Origin: Hylemonella gracilis
GTDB taxonomy: Bacteria; Pseudomonadota; Gammaproteobacteria; Burkholderiales; Burkholderiaceae_C
NCBI GenBank assembly: GCA_945862195.1
Contig: CAMAXR010000001.1
Coordinates: 6,337-70,336, forward strand
Length of the DNA stretch: 64,000 nt
Direction: 5' to 3'
Positions 10,928 to 20,605 of the stretch are shown in pieces. Position numbers and translations under genes: made by a program. How positions within the stretch are numbered: position 1 is the first letter of the stretch; each line of letters opens with the position of its first letter. The notes under the pieces are model-generated. The model saw only the letters and a program-made list of their open reading frames with translations. It had not been told where the DNA came from and searched no databases.

Positions 10928-11671
10928 TTAATCCATTTTGAAAATCAGGGGCACATTGAACCACATGGCCTCTGGAATGCCGCCCCGTTTGCCGGGCTCA
11001 AACTGCCACTTCATCACGGTTTGCAAGCCCGCCTGGTCCAGCCGGTCAAAACCACTGGAGCTGTGCACTTGAGCTTGCTGTGCTTTGCCGTCTGCGCCGA
11101 TCAACACCCGAATCACCACCTTGCCCTGCTCGCCCAGACGCCTGCTTAAGGCGGGGTAGGGCGGTTTGGGGTTGTTCAGGTAGGCCGCGTCCGATGAGGG
11201 CAGGTCAATTTTGGAGGGTGCAGTCGGAGCTGAGGCAGCACTGGGTGGTGCAGCGGCAGGGAATGTATTGGGGGCGCTGACCCATGCACCGGCTTGGGGA
11301 GCCGCTGCTTGAGGTGCCGTGAAGTTAGACCCCGCTTCAATGGGAGGCGTTGCCAGTAAAGGCGGCGACCCAAGTTCAAGTGATGGGGGTGCGGGTGGTT
11401 TTGGCGAGGCCGGAGGGACTGGATAGGCCGCAGAGGCTGTAGGTGGCGGTCTATCTACAGGTGCAGGGGTTAAAGACTTAGGCGCGGGAGGGCTTGATTT
11501 TTCAGGTAAGGCAGAGGGCACTTGGGCGGCAATCAGCATGACTGGCGTTACCAGCTCCTCTACGCCCCCTACCATTCGACCCACCAAGCCCGTTTGAAAA
11601 GCCCACAAGCCCAGGACATGCAGGGCCAAAATAAGAGACACCCATAAGCCTCGTAGCAGGGATTGCGGCAT
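10928..11671 (-). CDS. tonB: Energy transducer TonB
   Basis: N-terminal TM with His, Pro-rich linker, TonB C-domain PYP..GEQG..SSGFDRLD. Confidence 0.92.
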   Translation of the reverse strand: MPQSLLRGLWVSLILALHVLGLWAFQTGLVGRMVGGVEELVTPVMLIAAQVPSALPEKSSPPAPKSLTPAPVDRPPPTASAAYPVPPASPKPPAPPSLELGSPPLLATPPIEAGSNFTAPQAAAPQAGAWVSAPNTFPAAAPPSAASAPTAPSKIDLPSSDAAYLNNPKPPYPALSRRLGEQGKVVIRVLIGADGKAQQAQVHSSSGFDRLDQAGLQTVMKWQFEPGKRGGIPEAMWFNVPLIFKMD

Positions 11672-11687
11672 GTTCAGGCACTCAAGC

Positions 11688-12521
11688 TCAATAACTCAAT
11701 CGTTCGGGTCGAATTTCTTGCAAGATGGTGGTGGCAATTTCTTCAATGGATTTGGTGGTGGTAGACAGCCACCGAATGCCCGAGCGGCGCATCATAGATT
11801 CGGCAGCGGCCACCTCATTGCGGCAGTTTTCTAGCGCAGCGTAGCGAGAGTTGGGGCGGCGCTCGTGACGAATTTCACTTAAACGGTCGGGCTGGATGGT
11901 CAGTCCAAACAGCTTGGACTTGTGCGGAACTAAAGCCGTAGGCAACTGAAAACGGTCAAAATCTTCAGGAATCAGCGGGTAGTTCGACACTTTCAAACCG
12001 TACTGCATCGCCAAGTACAAAGAGGTGGGGGTTTTGCCGCTGCGGCTCACCCCCACCAAAATCACATCAGATTGGTCTAAATCGGTGTTGGTTTGACCGT
12101 CGTCGTGCAACAAAGAAAAATTAATGGCTTCAATGCGGTCGTGGTAGGCCTTGCTTTTGCTGACATCACTAAATCGCCCAATGCGGTGGTTGGAGCGAAT
12201 GCCCAACTCTTGCTCTAAAGGGTGCACAAAGGTTTCAAACATGTCCATCAACTTGCCCTGAGCAGTTTGAACGATGACATTGAGCACATCATCGTTAGCT
12301 AGGGTAGTAAAGATGACGGGGCGTTGTGGGTCGGTTTGTGCGGCATGGTTGATTTGTCGGACCGCCTCATGCGCTTTATCTACGGTATCAATAAAGGGAA
12401 GCCGCACGTGGTGGAGCGGCATTTCAAACTGAGCCAAGATGGCATTGCCAAAGGTTTCGGCAGTGATTCCCGTGCCGTCTGAAACAAAAAATACGGTGCG
12501 TTGGGCTTGTGTAGAACTCAT
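11688..12521 (-). CDS. ppsR: PEP synthase regulatory protein
   Basis: [30 protein letters not shown]; divergent from ppsA. Confidence 0.94.
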   Translation of the reverse strand: MSSTQAQRTVFFVSDGTGITAETFGNAILAQFEMPLHHVRLPFIDTVDKAHEAVRQINHAAQTDPQRPVIFTTLANDDVLNVIVQTAQGKLMDMFETFVHPLEQELGIRSNHRIGRFSDVSKSKAYHDRIEAINFSLLHDDGQTNTDLDQSDVILVGVSRSGKTPTSLYLAMQYGLKVSNYPLIPEDFDRFQLPTALVPHKSKLFGLTIQPDRLSEIRHERRPNSRYAALENCRNEVAAAESMMRRSGIRWLSTTTKSIEEIATTILQEIRPERLSY

Positions 12522-12656
12522 GACAGGCGAGCTTACAATAATCAACATAACCTACATTTTTATGGCCACCTGCGACCCATATTTACAACGAAAAAGTCGC
12601 CAACTCCCTTTGGAGCTGGGTGCTGCCCACAGTTTTTTAACTTCTGGAGTCTCCCC

Positions 12657-15047
12657 ATGTCAGCACTTTTTAGCGCGACCGCCTTGGTCGTCCCGTTTGA
12701 ACATTTAAGAATGACTGATGTCGAGGCCGTTGGCGGTAAAAACGCCAGCCTCGGCGAGCTGATTTCTCAGCTGCCCCAGGGCGTTCGAGTGCCTACCGGC
12801 TTTGCGACCACCGCGCATGCTTTTAGAGAATTTCTTAAAGCTGGCGATTTGGGCGCGCGCATCAACGCCAAACTGGCGGCCCTGGATGTGGAAGACGTTA
12901 GAGCCTTGGCCGCAGTGGGCGCTGAAATTCGCGCCATGATGGAAGCTCAGGCTTTCCCTGCTGACTTGGAACAAGCGATTCGAGAGTCCTTTCAAAAGCT
13001 GAGCGCTGAAAACTCGGGCGCTTCTTTTGCCGTTCGGTCTTCTGCCACTGCGGAAGACTTGCCCGATGCCTCGTTTGCCGGTCAGCAAGAAACGTTTTTG
13101 AATGTGTCGGGTATTGACACGGTGTTGCACAAAATCAAAGAGGTTTTTGCCTCGTTGTACAACGACCGCGCCATCAGCTACCGCGTGCACAAGGGCTTTG
13201 CCCATGCCGATGTGGCACTTTCTGCCGGTATTCAACGCATGGTGCGCTCTGATTTGGGTGCTGCGGGCGTAATGTTCACCATAGACACCGAGTCGGGCTT
13301 TGAAGAAGTGGTGTTTATCACCTCCAGTTACGGTTTGGGCGAAACCGTGGTGCAGGGTGCGGTCAACCCCGACGAGTTTTATGTGCACAAGCACAGCCTC
13401 AGAGTCGGTAAGCGCGCCGTGATTCGACGCAACTTGGGCTCCAAACTGTTGCAAATGGTGTTTGCCACCCCAGAAGAAAAAGCGTCGTCGGGCAAATTGG
13501 TCAAAACCCTGGATGTGCCCGCAGAGTTGCGCAACCGTTATTCATTAACCGATGCAGATGTGGAGCAATTGGCCCAATACGCCTTGGTGATTGAGCAGCA
13601 TTACGGCCGCCCCATGGATATTGAGTGGGGTAAAGACGGTCAGGATGGCCTGTTGTACATCCTTCAGGCCCGCCCCGAAACCGTCAAAAGCCAAAGCAAT
13701 GGCTCAGAGCAGCGCTACAAACTCAAAGGCCGTGGCACCGTGTTGGCTGAAGGTCGCGCCATTGGACAAAAAATTGGCACAGGTCCCGTGCGTTTGGTGC
13801 AAAACGTGAGCGAAATGGATACGGTACAAGCTGGCGATGTGCTGGTGACCGACATGACCGACCCAAACTGGGAGCCGGTGATGAAGCGGGCCAGCGCCAT
13901 TGTGACCAACCGTGGCGGCCGCACTTGCCACGCCGCCATCATCGCCCGCGAGTTGGGTATTCCGGCGGTAGTGGGTTGTGGAACCGCCACCGAGACCTTG
14001 AAAGAAGGCACTTTGGTGACCGTGAGCTGCGCTGAGGGCGATACCGGTTACATCTACGACGGCCTTTTGGAAACCGAAGTCACCGAAGTGCAGCGCGGCG
14101 AAATGCCCGACATTCCGGTCAAGATCACCATGAACATTGGTAACCCTCAGTTGGCTTTTGACTTTGCGCAGTTGCCCAACCATGGCGTGGGGTTAGCGCG
14201 CTTGGAATTCATCATCAACAACAACATTGGTGTGCACCCCAAAGCCATATTGGACTACCCTAATGTGGACCCAGAACTTAAAAAAGCTGTGGAGTCTGTG
14301 GCCCGAGGCCATGCATCTCCCCGCGCGTTTTACGTGGACAAGGTTACCGAAGGGGTGGCCACCATAGCCGCAGCCTTCTGGCCCAAGTCCGTGATTGTTC
14401 GTTTGTCGGACTTCAAGAGCAACGAATACCGCAAACTTATTGGCGGCAGCCGTTATGAGCCCGAAGAAGAAAACCCCATGCTCGGCTTCAGGGGCGCTGC
14501 GCGCTACCTGAGCGCAGACTTTGCTGAAGCTTTTGCCATGGAGTGCCAGGCCATGCGCCGTGTGCGCGAGGACATGGGTTTAACCAACGTGGAGCTCATG
14601 GTGCCCTTTATCCGCACTTTGGGGCAAGCGCGCAAGGTGATCGATTTGCTGGGCAAGCACGGCTTAAAGCGTGGCGAAAACGGCCTCAAAATTGTCATGA
14701 TGTGCGAGGTGCCCAGCAACGCCATCTTGGCCGATGAGTTTTTAGATTATTTCGATGGCTTCTCCATCGGCTCCAACGACTTGACCCAACTCACCTTAGG
14801 TCTGGACCGTGACTCCGGCCTGGAATTGCTGGCCGCTGACTTTGATGAGCGCGACCCTGCTGTAGAAGCTATGGTCACACGAGCCATTCAGGCCTGTTTG
14901 AAGCAAAACAAGTACGTGGGCATTTGTGGCCAAGGCCCCAGCGACCACCCAGACTTTGCCAAATGGCTGGTCCAGCAGGGCATCACCTCCATGTCGCTCA
15001 ACCCAGACTCCGTGGTTGAAACTTGGCGGACCTTAGCCGCCGGTTAA
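12657..15047 (+). CDS. ppsA: Phosphoenolpyruvate synthase
   Basis: [43 protein letters not shown]; start at MSALF. Confidence 0.97.
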   Translation: MSALFSATALVVPFEHLRMTDVEAVGGKNASLGELISQLPQGVRVPTGFATTAHAFREFLKAGDLGARINAKLAALDVEDVRALAAVGAEIRAMMEAQAFPADLEQAIRESFQKLSAENSGASFAVRSSATAEDLPDASFAGQQETFLNVSGIDTVLHKIKEVFASLYNDRAISYRVHKGFAHADVALSAGIQRMVRSDLGAAGVMFTIDTESGFEEVVFITSSYGLGETVVQGAVNPDEFYVHKHSLRVGKRAVIRRNLGSKLLQMVFATPEEKASSGKLVKTLDVPAELRNRYSLTDADVEQLAQYALVIEQHYGRPMDIEWGKDGQDGLLYILQARPETVKSQSNGSEQRYKLKGRGTVLAEGRAIGQKIGTGPVRLVQNVSEMDTVQAGDVLVTDMTDPNWEPVMKRASAIVTNRGGRTCHAAIIARELGIPAVVGCGTATETLKEGTLVTVSCAEGDTGYIYDGLLETEVTEVQRGEMPDIPVKITMNIGNPQLAFDFAQLPNHGVGLARLEFIINNNIGVHPKAILDYPNVDPELKKAVESVARGHASPRAFYVDKVTEGVATIAAAFWPKSVIVRLSDFKSNEYRKLIGGSRYEPEEENPMLGFRGAARYLSADFAEAFAMECQAMRRVREDMGLTNVELMVPFIRTLGQARKVIDLLGKHGLKRGENGLKIVMMCEVPSNAILADEFLDYFDGFSIGSNDLTQLTLGLDRDSGLELLAADFDERDPAVEAMVTRAIQACLKQNKYVGICGQGPSDHPDFAKWLVQQGITSMSLNPDSVVETWRTLAAG

Positions 15048-15071
15048 TGACCGACGGCCCAATAAGGTTGG

Positions 15072-17390
15072 TTGACGCTTGACCACCAGCAGGGCGCAAG
15101 TACTTTGATACGCGTAACTCTTCTGGTGGTTTGGTTTTTGACCACCCTAGGCGGCATTTATTTTGCGCGCGACCTCAATGGCCTTGTAGCCGGATGGCCT
15201 CTGGGTTATTGGTTTGCAGCCCAAGGCGGGGTGCTGTTGTTTATGGCTATCGTGTTGTTTTACGCCGTATTGGCCAAACGCCAACATGCCGATGGCGACA
15301 ACACCATGGACTTTTCACCCTTGGCCTACAGCGCCTACAAACGGCGCATTAACCGCACTTTTGCGTTCTACACGGTTGGTTTGCTCTGCTTTTTAGGGGC
15401 CATGGCCTTTGCAGAGCAGTGGGGTTTGCCCAAAACATGGATGGGGGCAGTTTTTTTATTTGTCACCGTAGGGCTTTATGCCGCTATAGGCTTGAAATGC
15501 CGCACCGCGGATGCGGACGAGTATTACGTTGCCGGCAGGCGTATTCCTGCCTTTTACAACGGCATGGCCACCGCGGCCGACTGGATGAGCGCGGCGTCTT
15601 TTATCAGTTTGGCTGGCGGTCTCTATTTGCAGGGTTTTTCGGGTTCGGGTGGTCAGCCAGGCGGCTTGGCGTATGTGCTAGGTTGGACCGGCGGGTTTTG
15701 TTTGGTGGCATTGTTGGTAGCCCCTCACTTAAGAAGCCTTAACCTCTACACGATTCCGGATTATTTTGCCCATCGTTACGGGGGTATTTGGCCCAGACGC
15801 GTCGCAGCTCTAGCCACGGTGGTGTGCTCTTTTACCTACGTGGTCGCTCAAATTTATGGTGTGGGTCTTATCACCTCCCGCCTGACGGGGGTGCACTTTG
15901 AAATTGGCATTTTGTTGGGGCTGGGCGGGGTACTGGTGTGTTCGTTTTTAGGCGGCATGCGCGCCGTAACTTGGACGCAGGTGGCTCAGTACGTGGTGAT
16001 GATTTTGGCTTTTCTAATACCGGTCTCGTGGTTGGCTTACAAGCAATTGGGAAACCCGGTGGCGCCTTGGGTGTACGGCCAGCAGTTGGACCGAATTTCC
16101 AAGATCGAGCGTGAGCTGATGGCGTCGCCCGCCGAGCAGCAGGTGATTGAAATTTATGCGAAGCGGGCCAAAGAATATGAAAAGAAGTTGGCCGATGTGG
16201 CGCAGTCACTTGAGACGGATCGCGCTTACTTAAAGTATCGGGTCAAGGCCTTGATGGACTTGCGCGCCTCGTCCGAGGACATTGAGGCCGCGCGCCGAGA
16301 GCTTGCTTTATTACCTAAAACCACGGCGGCGGCCCAAGAACTTTGGACGCGCGCCATGGAAGAAAGTTTAAGCCGAGCCAAGCCTCTTGCCGGCATGCCG
16401 CCCCATGTGCAAGCGTTTGCTGGGCAACCTGAGGGATCTGCCCAAGAACAAGCTCAATTCACCAGCTCCAGAAACAACTTCATCGCTTTGGTGTTTTGTT
16501 TGATGTTGGGCACTGTGGGCCTGCCGCATCTCTTAACCCGTTTTTACACTACGCCCTCCGTGGCGGAGGCCAGAACTTCGGTGGCTTGGTCGTTGCTTTT
16601 CATTGGGCTTTTGTACATGGCCGCGCCTGCTTTGGCTGTGCTGGTGAAGTGGGAGGTCATGAGCCAGTTGGTGGGGCAAGACATTGCAGCCTTACCTGCT
16701 TGGATGGCGCAATGGTCTCGGGTAGATGGGTCATTAATATCGTTTGCCGATGTCAATGGCGATAACCGCTTGCAGTTTTCCGAACTGAAACTGGGCGCCG
16801 ACATTTTGATGTTGGCCACCCCCGAAATTGCAGGCTTGCCCTATGTGGTGTCCGGTTTGGTGGCGGCGGGGGGCTTGGCCGCCGCCTTGTCTACTGCCGA
16901 TGGTTTGTTGCTGACCATTGGCAATGCGCTTTCGCACGACTTGGCCTACCAAGGCCGAACAGATTCCAATTACCCCATGAAGCGCGTCATGCTTTCTAAG
17001 TTTGCATTGCTGGTGGTGGCTTTGATCGCAGCTTACTTTGCAGCACAAAAGTCAACGGGTATTTTGAATTTGGTCACCGCTTCGTTTTCTTTTGCCGCAG
17101 CTGCCTTTGTGCCCGCGTTAATTGCTGGATGCTGCTGGCCGCGGGCCACGCGCGCTGGCGCCTTAGCAGGTATGTGGGTGGGTATGGGGGTGACTTGCTT
17201 TTACATTGCCGTCAATATGCCTTGGGTCAGGCAATACTGGAGCCTTGAGGGCAGCGGTTTATGGTGGGGGATTCAGCCCGTTTCTGCCGGTGTATTTGGA
17301 GTCGCATTTGGCACCTTGGCCTTGCTGGCCGTCAGTTGGCTCACCCCAAACCGCATCCCACGTACTGAGCCTGGCGGTCAATATACATAG
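15072..17390 (+). CDS. Sodium/solute symporter (ActP/VC_2705-like) fused in frame to an N-terminal DUF4212-like unit
   Basis: GWPLGYWFAAQG at the N-terminus; NGMATAADWMSAASFI, GLPHLLTRFYT, GGLAAALSTADGLL. Confidence 0.88.
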   Translation: MTLDHQQGASTLIRVTLLVVWFLTTLGGIYFARDLNGLVAGWPLGYWFAAQGGVLLFMAIVLFYAVLAKRQHADGDNTMDFSPLAYSAYKRRINRTFAFYTVGLLCFLGAMAFAEQWGLPKTWMGAVFLFVTVGLYAAIGLKCRTADADEYYVAGRRIPAFYNGMATAADWMSAASFISLAGGLYLQGFSGSGGQPGGLAYVLGWTGGFCLVALLVAPHLRSLNLYTIPDYFAHRYGGIWPRRVAALATVVCSFTYVVAQIYGVGLITSRLTGVHFEIGILLGLGGVLVCSFLGGMRAVTWTQVAQYVVMILAFLIPVSWLAYKQLGNPVAPWVYGQQLDRISKIERELMASPAEQQVIEIYAKRAKEYEKKLADVAQSLETDRAYLKYRVKALMDLRASSEDIEAARRELALLPKTTAAAQELWTRAMEESLSRAKPLAGMPPHVQAFAGQPEGSAQEQAQFTSSRNNFIALVFCLMLGTVGLPHLLTRFYTTPSVAEARTSVAWSLLFIGLLYMAAPALAVLVKWEVMSQLVGQDIAALPAWMAQWSRVDGSLISFADVNGDNRLQFSELKLGADILMLATPEIAGLPYVVSGLVAAGGLAAALSTADGLLLTIGNALSHDLAYQGRTDSNYPMKRVMLSKFALLVVALIAAYFAAQKSTGILNLVTASFSFAAAAFVPALIAGCCWPRATRAGALAGMWVGMGVTCFYIAVNMPWVRQYWSLEGSGLWWGIQPVSAGVFGVAFGTLALLAVSWLTPNRIPRTEPGGQYT

Positions 17391-17421
17391 CGCGTATATA
17401 ATTTATGGTTTTTCTTGCCAC

Positions 17422-17478
17422 ACTCCATGTTGACGCTGGGGGTGGCTTTCACCGCTGTGCGGGATATCCACAAGGAGT
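17422..17478 (+). promoter_or_regulatory. S6:S18-type ribosomal protein leader hairpin sequestering the rpsF Shine-Dalgarno
   Basis: ACTCC-A-TGT pairs with ACA-A-GGAGT; inner GGTG/CACC stem with CCG; TATAAT at 17397-17402. Confidence 0.65.
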
Positions 17479-17482
17479 TTGA

Positions 17483-17848
17483 ATGCGTCACTATGAAATC
17501 GTTCTCATGATCCATCCGGATCAAAGCGAGCAGGTTACGGCCATGCTCGACCGCTACAAGGCCATGATTGTGGCTGGTGGCGGCAAAATCCACCGCATTG
17601 AAGACTGGGGTCGTCGTCAGATGACTTACATGATCAATAAGCTGGCCAAAGCCCATTACCTGTGTGTCAATATTGAAGCCGGTAAAGAAGTCATGGCTGA
17701 ACTTGAGCATGCATTCAAGTTCAATGACGCTGTGTTGCGACACTTGACGGTTCTCAAGAAAAAGGCTGAAACAGCGCCTTCTTCCATGATGAAAACAGTC
17801 GAGCGTGAAGACGCTCGCAAGGCTCAACAAGCGGAATTTCAAGCCTAA
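17483..17848 (+). CDS. rpsF: 30S ribosomal protein S6
   Basis: [33 protein letters not shown]. Confidence 0.98.
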   Translation: MRHYEIVLMIHPDQSEQVTAMLDRYKAMIVAGGGKIHRIEDWGRRQMTYMINKLAKAHYLCVNIEAGKEVMAELEHAFKFNDAVLRHLTVLKKKAETAPSSMMKTVEREDARKAQQAEFQA

Positions 17849-17862
17849 TTGACGTTTGAGGA

Positions 17863-18162
17863 GTGAAACCCGGACCCAACCAGTTTTATCTAACGGCTCA
17901 AATCGCAGAGGCTCAAGCCATGCGGTTTACACCGGCCGGAATACCCAGCTTAAGTTTGATTTTGGTTCATGAATCAGAAGTGCAAGAAGCAGGGCAGGCA
18001 AGGCAGGTGAAAGCTGAGTTCAAAGCAGTGGCTTTTGCAGCTGTTGCAGAACGACTGGCGGTTCAGACACTGGGTTCCAACTGGAATTTTGTGGGGTTTT
18101 TAGCTCAAGCACGTTTAGGTAAACAACTTGTATTTCATATTCAACAGTTCAGTTCAGATTAA
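17863..18162 (+). CDS. priB: Primosomal replication protein N
   Basis: RFTPAGIP and HESEVQEAG; position between rpsF and rpsR. Confidence 0.9.
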   Translation: MKPGPNQFYLTAQIAEAQAMRFTPAGIPSLSLILVHESEVQEAGQARQVKAEFKAVAFAAVAERLAVQTLGSNWNFVGFLAQARLGKQLVFHIQQFSSD

Positions 18163-18173
18163 AGGAGTCCATC

Positions 18174-18458
18174 ATGCCCGGACCAAAACGTTTTAATAAC
18201 AAAGACAAGCGCCCCAAGCGCAACACGCAATCCCTGCTGTTCAAGCGCAAGCGCTTTTGCCGCTTTACCGTTGCGGACGTCGAAGAAATTGATTACAAAG
18301 ACATTGACGTCTTAAGGGACTTCATTGCCGAAAACGGAAAAATCATTCCTGCGCGCTTGACCGGCACCCGTGCCATTTACCAGCGTCAGCTCAATACCGC
18401 CATCAAACGCGCGCGTTTTCTGGCCATGTTGCCTTACAGCGACCAACACAAAATCTAA
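18174..18458 (+). CDS. rpsR: 30S ribosomal protein S18
   Basis: [26 protein letters not shown]. Confidence 0.98.
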   Translation: MPGPKRFNNKDKRPKRNTQSLLFKRKRFCRFTVADVEEIDYKDIDVLRDFIAENGKIIPARLTGTRAIYQRQLNTAIKRARFLAMLPYSDQHKI

Positions 18459-18469
18459 GGAGTTCAACC

Positions 18470-18922
18470 ATGCAAGTGATTCTTCTCGAGAAAGTGGTGA
18501 ACCTGGGCAATCTGGGTGAGATCGTTCGCGTTAAAGACGGTTACGCCCGTAACTTTTTAATTCCTACCGGTCTAGCCCGTCGCGCTACCGACAGCGCCAA
18601 AGCAGAGTTTGAAGCCCGCCGCGCCGAGCTTGAAAAAGCCGCCGCCGCTAAATTGGCTGAAGCCCAAGCCTTGGGTCAGAAATTAGGTGGGACCACCATC
18701 AAGCTGACCCAAAAAGCCGGTGTCGATGGCCGCCTGTTTGGCTCGGTGACCAACTTTGACATTGCCGAGGAGCTCAACAAGACGGGCTACTCTGTGGTCA
18801 AAGCTCAGGTGCGTATGCCCAATGGCCCCATCAAGTTGGTTGGCGACAGCGCCATCAGCGTGGCTTTGCACACCGATGTGGTGGTTGAGGTGAACGTTAG
18901 TGTTTACGGTGAAACCGCTTAA
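18470..18922 (+). CDS. rplI: 50S ribosomal protein L9
   Basis: [29 protein letters not shown]. Confidence 0.98.
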   Translation: MQVILLEKVVNLGNLGEIVRVKDGYARNFLIPTGLARRATDSAKAEFEARRAELEKAAAAKLAEAQALGQKLGGTTIKLTQKAGVDGRLFGSVTNFDIAEELNKTGYSVVKAQVRMPNGPIKLVGDSAISVALHTDVVVEVNVSVYGETA

Positions 18923-18961
18923 AGCAGCTAACTGCTGCTGCAATTCATAGCTGCAGCCTTC

Positions 18962-18988
18962 AAAAAGCCGCCTCTGGCGGCTTTTTTT
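18962..18988 (+). terminator. Intrinsic terminator of the rpsF operon
   Basis: AAAAAGCCGCC-TCT-GGCGGC followed by T7. Confidence 0.92.
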
Positions 18989-19063
18989 ATGTCGCATTTG
19001 GTGTCGTTAGGGCTGTATCAATGATGGATTTGCGGGGAGCTCGGTGTGCTGAATGTTCTTCGG

Positions 19064-19126
19064 CTGTGCCCAGCTTGTGAACATCTTGTCCACTGAAAAT
19101 CCGTACTTGTCCCCAAGATATCCTTA
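19064..19126 (+). promoter_or_regulatory. Array of degenerate DnaA-box-like 9-mers upstream of dnaB
   Basis: CTGTGCCCA, TTGTGAACA, TTGTCCACT, AAATCCGTA, TTGTCCCCA, ATATCCTTA with starts 10-11 bp apart. Confidence 0.45.
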
Positions 19127-19175
19127 GACCGAGCGCTGGAGTGCGCGTAGCATCAGCCCAAATTAGGAATTTCAT

Positions 19176-20582
19176 ATGTCTGCTGTGATGTCTGTTCTGG
19201 GCGATGGTTTAAGTCATGACCCGCAAATCGCCCAACTGCGCACCCCCCCCCACTCCATAGAAGCCGAGTCCAGCGTTCTGGGGGGCTTGTTGCTGGACAA
19301 CTCCACTTGGGACAAAGTGGGCGACTTGCTCAAGGAAAACGACTTCTATCGTTACGAGCACCGCTTGGTGTTTGGTGCCATGGGCAGCTTGATCAATGCC
19401 AACAAGCCCGCTGACGTAGTGACTGTTTTTGAGCATTTACAGGGACAAGGCAAATCAGATGACGTGGGGGGCTTGGTTTACTTGAATGCGCTGGCTCAGT
19501 ACGTGCCCAGCACGGGCAACATCCGCCGTTACGCCGAAATCGTGCGCGAGCGCTCCATATTGCGTCAGCTGGTCAGCACCAGCGACGATATTGCCACCAG
19601 CGCTTTCAACCCTAAAGGGCGTTCGGTGGCTTCTATCTTGGACGAGGCCGAGCAAAAAATCTTCAATATCGGCGAAGAGGGCTCCCGCATGAAGCGCGGG
19701 TTTCAGGAAATGGGCACCTTGGTGGTCAACCTGATGGACCGCGTGCAAGAAATGGCAGACAACCCCAACGACATCACGGGCGTGCCAACAGGCTTTTATG
19801 ACCTTGATCGCATGACCTCAGGTTTGCAGGGCGGCGACTTGGTGGTGTTGGCGGCGCGTCCTTCCATGGGCAAAACGGCGTTTGCCATCAATATTGCTGA
19901 GCATGTGGCCATGAACGAGGGGTTGCCCGTCGCGGTGTTTTCTATGGAGATGGGCGCCGCACAACTGGCCGTACGTATTGTGGGCTCCATCGGGCGTATA
20001 GACCAAGGCCACCTGCGCACCGGCAAGTTGACCGATGAAGAGTGGCCGCGTCTGACCGAAGCCATTGAAAAACTTCGTGACATTTCTTTGCACATTGACG
20101 AAACCGCAGGCCTCACGGCTGCGGAGCTCAGAGCCAGCGCCCGCCGTTTGGCCCGCAGTTGCGGCAAATTGGGCTTGATTGTGGTGGACTATTTACAGCT
20201 CATGAGTGGGTCCGCCTCCGACAATGAGAACCGAGCCACCGAGCTGGGCGAAATTTCCCGTGGACTGAAGATGTTAGCTAAAGAGTTGGGCTGTCCGGTG
20301 ATCGCCTTGTCTCAGCTCAACCGCAGCGTGGAAACCCGGCCCGACAAGCGCCCCATGATGAGTGACTTGCGCGAATCAGGAGCCATTGAGCAAGATGCTG
20401 ACATCATCATGTTCATTTACCGAGATGATTACTACACCAAAGAGGCCTCCAAGGAGCCCGGTGTGGCTGAAATCATCATTGCCAAACAGCGTAACGGCCC
20501 CACCGGCATGGTGAAGCTGGCATTCCTAAAGCCGCTCACCCGGTTTGAAAACCTGGCCAGCGGCGGCTATGGAGATTTTTAG
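19176..20582 (+). CDS. dnaB: Replicative DNA helicase
   Basis: PPHSIEAE, AARPSMGKT, VDYLQLM, DLRESGAIEQDAD, KQRNGP; no intein. Confidence 0.98.
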   Translation: MSAVMSVLGDGLSHDPQIAQLRTPPHSIEAESSVLGGLLLDNSTWDKVGDLLKENDFYRYEHRLVFGAMGSLINANKPADVVTVFEHLQGQGKSDDVGGLVYLNALAQYVPSTGNIRRYAEIVRERSILRQLVSTSDDIATSAFNPKGRSVASILDEAEQKIFNIGEEGSRMKRGFQEMGTLVVNLMDRVQEMADNPNDITGVPTGFYDLDRMTSGLQGGDLVVLAARPSMGKTAFAINIAEHVAMNEGLPVAVFSMEMGAAQLAVRIVGSIGRIDQGHLRTGKLTDEEWPRLTEAIEKLRDISLHIDETAGLTAAELRASARRLARSCGKLGLIVVDYLQLMSGSASDNENRATELGEISRGLKMLAKELGCPVIALSQLNRSVETRPDKRPMMSDLRESGAIEQDADIIMFIYRDDYYTKEASKEPGVAEIIIAKQRNGPTGMVKLAFLKPLTRFENLASGGYGDF

Positions 20583-20605
20583 TCTTAGCAGGTTAAAGCA
20601 GGTGC

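Noticed and set aside
12501-12656. Upstream extensions given by the ORF track (ppsA, rlmD, MCP, PhoH, LigW-like, clpB, TPP enzyme, SWIB, rpmI, last Bug)
   Set aside because: They overlap neighbouring genes or regulatory DNA; downstream starts fit RBS positions and family N-termini better.
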